Below are positions 52,738 through 64,000 of a stretch of DNA of 64,000 bases, one piece after another. A model generated the notes under the pieces. It was not told the DNA's origin and ran no database searches. It saw only the letters and a list, made by a program, of their open reading frames with translations. The stretch covers positions 1-64,000 of the forward strand of contig JAQGDQ010000469.1 in NCBI GenBank assembly GCA_030141605.1, in the 5' to 3' direction. This DNA comes from Tubiluchus corallicola (taxonomy: Eukaryota; Animalia; Priapulida). The number at the start of each line of letters is the position of its first letter. The first letter of the stretch is position 1. The translations under genes and the position numbers were made by a program.

Positions 52738-55700
52738 TACGGATGAGAAATCTTGTTATGGATGAGAAAATCCGGCACAGTTTGTGTTTAACATGGAAAT
52801 CAGGAGGAGAGATGAAAATCTTCTTCCACAGAGTGCTGTTAGGTAAGTGACGAAAAAAACAAGTGAATGTACTATTTCTTCAGCGTGCTTACATATAGTG
52901 TTATTCTATACACTAACTCGTTACATATTCCTTCTGAACTGAAACCAATGATTTACAGAGTTAATACCTGGATTTATCAATCTTGTTATGGGTGAAAAAA
53001 TCTGGCAAAGTTCGTGTTTAATATGGAAATCAGGAGGAGAGCTGAAAATCTTCTTAGACAGAGTGTTGTTAGGCAAGTGACGAAAAAACAAATGAACGTG
53101 CTATTTCTTCAACGTGTTTATATATAGTGTTATTCTACACAATAACTCATTATATATTCCTTCTGAACTGAAACCAGTGACTTACAGAATAATACCTGGA
53201 TTTATCAATCTTGTTATGGATGAGAAAATCTAGCAAAGTTTGTGTTTAATAAGGAAATCAGGAGGAGAGATGAAAATGTTTTTAGACGGAGTGTTGTTAG
53301 GTAAGTGACGAAAAAAAACAAACAAATGAACGAGCTATTTCTTCAACGTGCTTACATATAGTGTTATTCTATACAATAACTCGTTATATATTCCTTCTGA
53401 ACTGAAACCAATGATTTACAGAGTTAATACCTGGATTTATTAAACTTGTTATGGATGAGAAAATCTAGCACAGTTTGTGTTTAACATGGAAATCAGGAGG
53501 AGACACGAAAGTGTATTTAGATGGAGTGTTGTTAGGTAAGACACGAAAAAAACAAATGAACGTGCCATTTCTTCAACGTGTTTATACATAGAGTTATTCT
53601 ACACAATAACTCGTTATATATTCCTTCTGAACTGAAACCAATGATTTACAGAGTTAATACCTAGATTTATCAATCTTGTTATGGATGAGAAAATCTAGCA
53701 CAGTTTGTGTTTAACATGGAAATCAGGAGGAGATATGAAAATGTTTTTAGATGGAGTGTTGTTAGGCAAGTGACGAAAAAACAAATGAACATGCTATTTC
53801 TTCAACGTGTTTATAGATAGAGTTATTCTATGCAATAACTCGTTATATATTCCTTCTGAACTGCAACCAGTGACTTACAGAATAATACCTGGATTTTTTA
53901 ATCTTGTTATGGGTGAAAAAATCTGGCAAAGTTTGTATTTAATATGGAAATCAGGAGGAGAACTGAAAATCTTCTTCCACAGAGTGTTGTTAGGCAAGTG
54001 ACGAAAAAACAAATGAACGTGCTATTTCTTCAACGTGTTTATATATAGTGTTATTCTACACAATAACTCGTTATATATTCCTTCTGAACTGCAACCAGTG
54101 ACTTACAGAATAATACCTGGATTTATCAATCTCGTTATGGATGAGAAAATCTAGCACAGTTTGTGTTTAACATGGAAATCAGGAGGAGACATGAAAGTGT
54201 ATTTAGATGGAGTGTTGTTAGGTAAGACATGAAAAAAACAAATGAACGTGCTATTTCTTCAACGTGTTTATAGATAGAGTTATTCTATGCAATAACTCCT
54301 TATATATTCCTTCTGAACTGAAACCAATGATTTACAGAGTTAATACCTGGATTTATAAATCTCGTTATGGATGAGAAAATCTAGCACAGTTTGTGTTTAA
54401 CATGGAAATCAGGAGGAGATATGAAAATGTTCTTAGACGGAGTGTTGTTAGGTAAGTGACGAAAAAAACAAGTGAATGTACTATTTCTTCAACGTGCTTA
54501 CATATAGTGTTATTCTATACACTAACTCGTTACATATTCCTTTTGAACTGAAACCAATGATTTACAGAGTTAATACCTGGATTTATAAATCTCGTTATGG
54601 GTGAAAAAATCTGGCAAAGTTTGTGTTTAACATGGAAATCAGGAGGAGACATGAAAGTATATTTAGATGGAGTGTTGTTAGGTAAGACACGAAAAAAACA
54701 AATGAACGTGCTATTTCTTCAACGTGTTTATAGATAGAGTTATTCTATGCAATAACTCCTTATATATTCCTTCTGAACTGAAACCAATGATTTACAGAGT
54801 TAATACCTAGATTTTTCAATCTTGTTATGGATGAGAAAATCTAGCAAAGTTTGTGTTTAACATGGAAATCAGGAGGAGAGATGAAAATGTTTCTAGATGG
54901 AGTGTTGTTAGGTAAGTGACGAAAAAACAAATGAACGTGCTATTTCTTCAACGTGTTTATATATAGTGTTATTCTACACAATAACTCGTTATATATTCCT
55001 TCTGAACTGAAACCAGTGACTTACAGAATAATACCTGGATTTTTCAATCTTGTTATGGATGAGAAAATCTAGCACAGTTTGTGTTTAATATGGAAATCAG
55101 GAGGAGAGATGAAAATCTTCTTCCACAGAAGTGTTGTTAGGCAAGTGACGAAAAAACAAATGAACGTGCTATTTCTTCAACGTGTTTATATATAGTGTTA
55201 TTCTATACACTAACCCGTTACATATTCCTTCTGAACTGAAACCAGTGACTTACAGAATAATACCTGGATTTTTCAATCTTGTTATGGATGAGAAAATCTA
55301 GCAAAGTTTGTGTTTAACATGGAAATCAGGAGGAGAACTGAAAATCTTCTTCCACAGAGTGTTGTTAGGCAAGTGACGAAAAAACAAATGAACGTGCTAT
55401 TTCTTCAACGTGTTTATATATAGTGTTATTCTATACAATAACTCGTTATATATTCCTTCTGAACTGAAACCAATGATTTACGGAATAATACCTGGATTTA
55501 TCAATCTTGTTATGGATGAGAAAATGTGGCACAGTTTGTTTTAACATGGAAATCAGGAGGAGACATGAAAATGTTCTTAGACGGAGTGTTGTTAGGTAAG
55601 TGTCGAAAAAAAACAAGTGAACAAGCTATTTCTTCAACGTGTTTATATATAGAGTTATTCTACACAATAACTCGTTATATATTCCTTTTGAACTGAAACC

Positions 55701-56196
55701 AATGATTTACAGAGTTAATACCTGGATTTATCAATCTCGTTATGGATGAGAAAATCTAGCACAGTCTGTGTTTAACATGGAAATCAGGAGACATGAAAAT
55801 TTTTTTAGACGGAGTGTTGTTAGGTAAGTGACGAAAAAAACAAATGAACGAGCTATTTCTTCAACGTGCTTACATATAGTGTTATTCTATACAATAACTC
55901 GTTATATATTCCCTCTGAACTGAAACCAATGATTTACAGAGTTAATACCTGGATTTATCAATCTTGTTATGGATGAGAAAATCTAGCACAGTTTGTGTTT
56001 AACATCGAAATCAGGAGAGAGATGAAAATCTTCTTCCACAGAGTGTTGTTAGGCAAGTGACGAAAAAGCAAATGAACGTGCTATTTCTTCAACGTGTTTA
56101 TATATAGAGTTATTCTACACAATAACTCGTTATATATTCCTTCTGAAGTGAAACCAATGATTTACAGAGTTAATACCTGGATTTATCAATCTTGTA
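52738..56196 (+). repeat. ~229-bp satellite (14 full plus 2 partial units), each a 114-nt pentraxin exon plus its intron
   Basis: Each unit reads TTACAG|AGTTAATACC...GTGTTGTTAG|G(T/C)AAG. The intact copy at 54568-54681 translates LIPGFINLVMGEKIWQSLCLTWKSGGDMKVYLDGVLL. Confidence 0.9.
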
Positions 56197-56559
56197 ATTG
56201 ATTCAGTAACTCGTGGAAAAGATACCTTATATTTGAGATGCAACTTTATTGCAATTACTTGCTGAAATGCCTCATGTTCATTACAAATTACATTTTGATA
56301 ATGTTATGAGTTGGAGTTGGTTACAAAAACACGATGAACAAACGAAGATGCATTTGCGACATTACTCCTTTTTTATTGCCAGTGAACAAAAAATGACAAA
56401 ACAAACATCGACATTACTTCCACCTCTATAACAACTAAGTAACTAGGTCAAAATCAAGTTACAGCATACAGGTGAAAAGCCAAGCTGGCGCATAATTAGA
56501 ATCGGCAGGCGGGCTATAACAATAATCTGTTGACATCACTGACTCCTTTGAAAAGACTT

Positions 56560-56990
56560 GGAGATATACAAGAATGGGTAGAGCAAAATAGGCAACTGCC
56601 ATTTGTAAGATCAGAAAGATTAAAAAGAAAAAGCTCGGGGCAGTTTTGAAGACAAATAGTGTGAAAACAGTGGACCTCTTCTGGTATGATGGTATGATAG
56701 CTTTGTCAACGTTGCACCTAACAGTAGTGAAACTAGGCCACTAAACAAAGCAGAAAGATTGTCATTGGCTGCTAAATGATCAGCCTATAGTGATTAGTGA
56801 ACATTATCGTGGAAAGGTTGGCACTGATTTTGCCATGGATCAGCTTCAGCAGTGCTCCGACATTTGTGCCGCATTAACTCGCTCAGTGGAAGGGCCAGTG
56901 GAATTGTATATTCAACGATCATTCACACACAAATACCGTGTTCATTCTGATGGATATGAGCGTATCGTGGGTATGTTGCAGACACTTTTT
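56560..56990 (+). mobile_element. Decayed piggyBac-like transposase fragment
   Basis: WYD...LSTLH and QPIVISEHYRGKVGTDFAMDQL resemble the piggyBac W.D..LST.H and P.I..YN..KGGVD..DQ motifs. Confidence 0.4.
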
Positions 56991-59092
56991 TTAGTCATTT
57001 GAGAAGCAGAGTCGGGTTTCCTCCACTTCAGACCCAATATCTATATTCGCCGTCTGACTCTCCTGCCCTTGAATCAGCGACGATTATGCTCATGACTACA
57101 CAGACATCCCCCGACGTCCTGTACAATGGGTTGGTGTTTGAACCGCGTTACAAAGCCGGAAACATATATACTGTAATGGGTGTGCCAATTGTAATTTCAC
57201 TAGTCTGTTTACACTCACTGTGTGTAGGTATTACCTAATTTAACTATATATAGTACATCAGGAAATCAGAAGAATTTACAGCAGTTGGTGTCTGTAGCCT
57301 GCAACATGGGTCAAATTGTTCCGGTTACCAGAAGATTGTCTTTCTCTATGTCTATGAATTCTGGGGTGTGTGAATAATATATATATATAAAGAGGAGGAA
57401 CTGATGGAAAAATAAAAGAGGCATAGGAACAATCCATAAATTAAGGTCACTTTGAATAATGCAAGTATTACTTGGTAGCCAACCAGAGGTACCTTGTGAA
57501 ATTGCGAATGTATACTGGATGTTTTAAGATTCGCCAACACAGGAAGAAAGGCTCTTTGGTCTGGAAAACCAGTAATTTGACGCATCCATCGTATTGGGCA
57601 CAAGTCCTAAAAAACATTTGCTCACGCTTTACACTGTTAATGAAAGCTTGGAACTGTGTACTGTTTAAGGCTAGTATGGATCAGCAGAATGGTATTGAAA
57701 AATTAAGAATTCAAAGTAGGAGGAAAAAGATAGTTATGTTCACCTTTGGTTAGATAAGAGGCTTACCCTAGCCGCCCATTTTACTGAAAGTTCTTTAGCC
57801 TGCTGGTTCGAGTTGACAAGGACAAACCATGACCGTTACAATGTATTGGCCCTTACTACTACTGCTGCTACTATTACTACTACTACTACTGTGACCGGTG
57901 TTGGAGGGATGAAAACACTTATTTTCAACGATGAAGACGTAGTGGTAATGGTACGACGGATGACGGCAACTACCGATTGTGAGCTGGGTTCAAATTCACA
58001 TTGACTTTTCGAATTCTGGTCGAATCTTAGCAAACGAAGGATGACGACTAGTGATTATGAAGTGTGTTCAAATTAATGTGCACGCTTAAGACACACATTA
58101 TGGCAGCAAAGCAAGATTGTATATTTAATTGTAGTTCAAAAGTATATGACCCTAGGTTTACCCTTCTACTAGCGCCGTGAACTGCACGTGTCTCGGGAAG
58201 TAGGCTTTTGACAGACGCACTGGGATCGTTCTCCATTTATTTTAAATAAAATTTATAAAAATTTGAATAATTTTAAAATGAATCCAGATAATGAACAACC
58301 ACATGCCGCCGCACAAGGGCATGATCATCGTCAGATAGCAGGAGTTGCCGGTGAAAAAAACGTCCAAAACCTCATAACGCTAGCCACATGTTTACAGACT
58401 TTATCCATTGAAAATGTATCAATCAATATCATCAAGTATTGGTATTAAGGGCACACAAATATATTATATATTGAGACCACTGAGATATTCTTTGATAGTA
58501 GTTCTCCGTAGTAAATCTTAAAAACACAATTAGATATAAATCACATTTTTTTCTCCTTTGGCAGCCAAGACTGACTGTGGCACCCCAAAATATCAGAATA
58601 CAGAAGTTTGTACGTTTAGATGTTCAGTTACATATCCTCATTATATCTGCAGTCTGCGCCCCATTAGATACCTTTTCTAAACCAAAACACAGAGTTTAAT
58701 AAAATATTTGAGTTCTGATTGGATAAGTGATTAAGCTGACAGTTATCTTTTCCTGGCAATCACCTTGTGCGTTTTTCATTAGTACATTTAAATTTGTTAA
58801 TAGGTGTTCATGGAAGACAAAGGATGACAGTAATGCGGGTTGTAAGGATTTTAGGTATTTTTAGACAAAAAGCATAAAGTGATAATTAACAATGGTGTTA
58901 AGTCCAAGAATCTTTAATCCCACAATGTGTAAATTAACCATTTATTAACAGTAATGAATGTAGATTTTTGAAACGAGTTTTTAGCTCCTGGATTATGTGG
59001 CTTGTCTTGCCTCATGTTAATCACTTACTTTTTCTATAAAGTAGCTATACAGAATATACTGCACTTACCAATAACAGTTTTTTATTGTTTAG

Positions 59093-59278
59093 AAGATTTT
59101 CCACAACAGCTTAGCCAGCAGTTGCTACAACAACGATGGAGATATTCTAGCTTGGGACAAACATTCAATTGAAACAAATGGTGAAATGAGTTTTAACAGT
59201 CCAACTGGTTGTCCACATAGTGGAGAAACTCCAGGGATGTGTGTATCGAGGGATCGAGGGAGTCTTTCTTTGATGTGG
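59093..59278 (+). pseudogene. C-terminal exon of pentraxin domain 2
   Basis: TTGTTTAG|; NSLASSCYNNDGDILAWDKHSIETNGEMSFNSPTGC; TGA at 59270. Confidence 0.65.
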
Positions 59279-59689
59279 TAAACTTATTGGCATCTTTGGC
59301 AAATTACATCCTGCCAAATAGCGATTTCACTCATCGTAAGATAGACCGGGTCAGAGGTGGTCCAAAGAAGATAAAAGAAAAGGCTTGTTTCTCAAGAAGG
59401 GGATAGACTACATGATTCTGTTTTCGATAAGCTGTCACAAGCAAAGAACAAGCGGGGATTACGCATGCGTGAGTAATATGGTTGACGCGGAATTTTATTT
59501 CTTCCCATAAGCATGTCAAAAAATTGTTGTTCTTGAGGACTAGAATGTTTTGCAATTTATTTTTGAAATTTGTATTTGCTATGTGTTACTCTGTGTTTAC
59601 AGTCTTTGTTAAGTTAGAGCTGAGTGTTTGAAACTTGAGCTTTCCAACGTTTTTCGTTTGTGACAAATTTGTAATATTTCTATTGTTTC

Positions 59690-62580
59690 TAATGCTTTCA
59701 AAATGAGATACATGCTTATCTTTTAATGGATATGTTGATTAATAACTACAGAGTTACACTTGGAAATATTTATGGTCCCAATAATGATAAGCCAAGTTTT
59801 TTCTCAAATATTTCCAAAGAACTAGAACGTTTTGAGAACTTAAGTATAATACTGTGTGATGATTGGAACTGCGTTCAAAACTGTAGGCTTGATACAGCAG
59901 GATACATTCATGAAAATAATAATAGAGCCAGGCAAAAATATTTGGAACTAATGAATATGTATGAGCCAACAGATATTTGGAGATTCTACTGTCCTGGAAT
60001 AAGGAAATATATTTGATTTAGGAAAAATCCAGTCAAGCAAGGCCACCTGGATTATTTTATAGTTTCAAATCATCACCAGTCATGTACTGAAATACCAGAA
60101 ACAACTATTTTACCTGGCTATAGGTCAGATCATTGGCCTGTATTGGATTGAAAATGTATGAAGAAAAACGTGGCAAAGGCTTTTGGAAATTTAACAGTTC
60201 TCTGCTAAAGGACTCTGTGTATGTAGAAAAAATCAAACAATGTATAACTGATACAATTTGTGAGTATTCTTGTAATAGATCAAGTGCCACAGAAAATCAG
60301 CAGGAAGTACCATTTAAAATAAGTGACCAATTATTTTTCGAATTATTAAAATTAAAAATTAAAGGAGAAACCATTTCCTATTCAGCTTTCAAAAAGCAGC
60401 AATTACTAAGTGAAGAAGGGGAACTAGAGGCCCAAATAAGTGAACATTACAGCCAAGAACCATTATCATTAGATGATATGAATAAATTAAATGAATTAGA
60501 AAAAAAAATAAAAGTTATTGCGTGAGCAGAAAGTAAGAGGCGTTATGATAAAGTCCAGAGCAAGACGGGGTCGAATTCAGAAAAAAGCCTTCAAGTTTTT
60601 TCTAGGTTTAGAAAAAAAGAAATTATGTAAATAAATGCATTTCAAAGTTAACAACAGCCAATAATATAGAGAACTAATAAAATGCAGTGATATTTTAGAA
60701 GAGCAAAAATCATTTTTTCTTCACTTTATACGAGCCAATTAAATGACGATCAGTTCGAAAATAAATATGATTTATTCGGAGAAAATATGACGAGATGAAC
60801 TAGTGAACAAGCTTGTTCATGTGAAGGGCCCTTAACTATTGATGAATTGTGGAACGCTTTAAAATCAATGAAAACGAACAAATTGCCTGGGACGGATGAG
60901 TTTACTCCTGAATTTTACAGTTCCTTTTGGAAAGACATATATATTTTTCTTTTAAGATCTCTTAATGAAACATTTACTGTCGGAGAACTAAGTAGTGATA
61001 ACTTAAAAAAGTTCTTAAAAAAATTGGAGACCTATTTTTTTATTTAATACGGACTACAAAATTCTCACTAACTGCTTAGCCCAACTTTTAAAAACGTTAT
61101 TGACGTGTTAATCACTGGCACTCAAACAGGTTTTTTTAAAAGGTCGATACATAGCTGAAAACACAAGACTGTTGTACGACTTATTTATTAGTTTACGCAG
61201 AAAAAAGAGACATTCCCGAGACATATTGTTCTTAATTGATTTTGAAAAGACGTTTGACACACTAGAGTGGAAATTTATACACGAAGTCTTAAACTTTTTA
61301 AATTTTTAAATTTTGGTGATAATTTTCAAAAATGGATCAGAATTTGTCATAATAATATTGAAAGTTGTGTACTTAACAACGGGTCGTACAGTAGCTTCTT
61401 CAAATTGGGGCACTATGCTGGGTGACCCCATCTCATCATACATTTTCATATTGTGCGTGGAGTTTTTAGCTAATGCGATTAAAATATGTAAGGATGTTAA
61501 AGGTACTGATGTAAATAACAACGAAATAGTCTTAAGCCAATATGCGGATGATACCGCAGTTATTCTCAATGGTTCATCTGCTTCACAATTTGCAGCCCAT
61601 CGCATAGTAAATAATTTTGGTAAAGTTTCTCGGTTAAAAATGAATTCTAATAAAACAAAGGCAATTTGGTTTGGTGCCTTAAGGGGTTCCCAAGCACTTA
61701 TTTGTAAAAATTTACAGTTGAACTGGGCGAATGATATCTTTACAGTCTTGCGAATAAAATTTGATCTGCCCAATTTGGAAAATATTTTTGATCTGAATTT
61801 GAAAGATAAACTTGTGGAAATTCGAAATCTTATAAAAGTTTGGTCCTGGCGATCACTTACGATCTTTGGGCGGATAACTGTTTTTAAATCATTAATATTG
61901 TCAAAAATAATCCACTTGTTGTCATCCCTCCCAATTGTGAATTACGAAAAATTGAAATCCACCGAAAAATTTGCATATAAGTTTGTATGGGGTGGTAAAC
62001 GAGAAAAAGTTAAACGAAAAACACTCATGTCCGAAATTTCAGAAGGCGGTGCAAATATGGTGGATTTGGAGTCGTTTGCCAAATCCTTGAAATATAAGTG
62101 GACTCACAGGTTAATGACAACAGATGGAACTTGGCAAGAGGTAGCAAAAATATTCTTAGAAAAACTGGATAGAATGCCATTTTGGAAAATGGAAAAAACT
62201 TTTTTAGTAGAGAAGAGTGTAATGCTTGGGAATCCCTTCTAGCAAGAAGTAATTATATGCTGGTGTGAAATATTAAGAAATCCGATGACTCTAACGGATT
62301 ATTTAAAGCAGGCATTGTGGTATAATAATAATATAAAGGGAATATTTCAAACAATGGTGGGCGCAAAATACAAGTAATGTTGTGATTTTTGGAAAGTTTC
62401 CGTGTAAAAATTTCCTATGTTTAAATAAGACCATTTTAATAGTAAAATATTGTATGTGGTGTACTCGAAGCAAATTACAATCACTGAATTTTAGTCATGT
62501 AGTGAGCTGTATTAAATATATGTGTAAGCTGGAGAAATATGCAGGTGCCAACCTTGAGATGCTTGAAAAAGGGAGTACTA
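59690..62580 (+). mobile_element. Decayed L1/Tx1-clade LINE ORF2 (APE endonuclease plus RT)
   Basis: NIYGPN, DWN, YRSDH, FWKFNSSLL, PGTDEFTPEFY, GDPIS, QYADDT, FVWGGKREKV and GGANM; many frameshifts. Confidence 0.93.
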
Positions 62581-62777
62581 CATAGTATTAATATAATACA
62601 GAGAAAAGGGAGCAGCAACGAAGGCAAAACACCTATAGGTATTTCACAAGTTCCACAAGTGTTTATCTACCTTTTTAACAGTTAATATTAGTGATGCTAA
62701 TAGACTGACAAATGTATACGTATCAAGTCATTTTATAAGGCTATACAAACTAATAAGCAAATGTTACTGACAGTGTT

Positions 62778-63060
62778 ACAAGCGAGAATTTCTCGAAACG
62801 GAACTGCAACTAACTCGTGGTTATTTGTTCAGGTGGCGATAACAAAAAAGTACTAATCACTCGCTCTGAGACCTCTATGAACTGCTTCACGAATGTTCTT
62901 TTTTGTACGTGGTGCCTGATCAAGTTTTGCCAAAAAAGAACCGGGAATAAGATTCCGATTTGGCACTCTATACCCGCCTTCACAAAGTTTCTTGAAAATT
63001 TGTTAGATGATTTATGCGTAATAGGCTTACTGCCATAAGAGACAAAAACAAACAAACAAA
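62778..63060 (+). mobile_element. Dispersed repeat, same family as 20075-20395
   Basis: Direct sequence similarity and (CAAA)n end. Confidence 0.7.
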
Positions 63061-63328
63061 CTGTCTTATGAAATTTTAACGGTTTTTTGTCACGCTGTCA
63101 TGTCTAAGTCATGTCACGGCTACTAATTTCTCTAACGAGGTCAGTGTGTTGGTGCTCCAAAGCCCGCAAGTTATGGACCAAACGACAGACACTATTCCAA
63201 AAGAACATAAACCCTACATCTGCAGGGGCATAAGAAGAAAGCGCATACATATCAAGTCGTACGACATAATAATTTTGTGACCAATTTCCTGATTTAAAAC
63301 GAACCACTGTGCATTCGAAAACATAGAA

Positions 63329-63695
63329 TAGTAAAATATTATATATGGTGTACTCGAAGCAAATTACAAACACTGAATTTTAAAAGTGCAGTGAGCTGTA
63401 TTAAATATATGTATAAGGTGGAGAAATATGAAGGTGGAGACAACCTTGGGATGCTAGAAAAAATTGAAGCTAGTTGGTTACCCTTGAAATATATATTCTA
63501 ATGATTTACTGAACAACCAAAATTGCCAGAGTGTAGTCAAAGCAAATTTACTGATTGCAACTAATTGCATTCATTCATTTCCTTACATTCAGTTAATGCT
63601 AATATTTATTTATGTTATTCTAAATGTCTTGGTTTTCGTAATTTGTAAAGTATGTTTTGTATTAAATAAAATGTCAAATAAAAAAGAAGAAACGA
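63329..63695 (+). mobile_element. Second 3' end of the Tx1/L1 element with UTR and A-rich tail
   Basis: Matches 62440-62570, continues to ...SWLPLKYIF*, then AATAAA and an A-rich run. Confidence 0.7.
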
Positions 63696-64000
63696 TATAA
63701 ATAATTGTACGTAAAGCGAATTTGAGAGTTTGAAGAGCAGAGATGCTATCGGCATCGGTGCAGCTAACAACATTTCAATTTATGAACACAAAGTTCTCTT
63801 TCAACATACTTCTTATTAGAATTCTTTGGATATTATCATATTTAATTTGTTGTTGAATTGGTTGGTATTGGTCTCGTTTGTAATCATTTATTATTAATAT
63901 AACGTTGGTGCTGGTAGTTGTTTTTATTTTAATCTAAGTGTCATTACACTGTTATTATGTGTTAAAATCTAACCTGCGTTTGGTTGAAGATTCTCGCCAA

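Noticed and set aside
52959-56050. Alternative frame of the repeated exon gives C-Y-G-TGA (CxxU, selenoprotein-like) in most units
   Set aside because: The other frame matches the pentraxin motif and neighbouring pentraxin exons. The TGA is an out-of-frame by-product of GAT-GAG or GGT-GAA, and no SECIS was seen.

Overview
This is AT-rich, repeat-dense eukaryotic DNA, most likely from an invertebrate animal (spliceosomal GT/AG exons, LINEs, SINEs, MITEs, Helitrons; no prokaryotic operon structure). Two apparently intact coding segments are present: a single-exon class A GPCR (10604-11617, GPR21/GPR52-like) and the catalytic exon of a carbohydrate sulfotransferase (26009-26991). Between about 30.9 and 59.3 kb lie the scattered, decayed exons of a discoidin (F5/8C) plus two-pentraxin gene. 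One of its exons, together with its intron, has been amplified into a ~229-bp satellite of about 15 copies (52.7-56.2 kb). Another of its exons is split by a solo LTR, one of two related solo LTRs with TG...TA ends and 4-bp TSDs. Other notable structures are a near-perfect inverted duplication of at least 1.57 kb whose inner breakpoint sits at a TTAA transposon end, and a head-to-tail Helitron concatemer showing terminator bypass. Several minisatellites and decayed LINE, Gypsy and piggyBac remnants make up much of the rest. All family assignments come from manual motif reading, not database searches.
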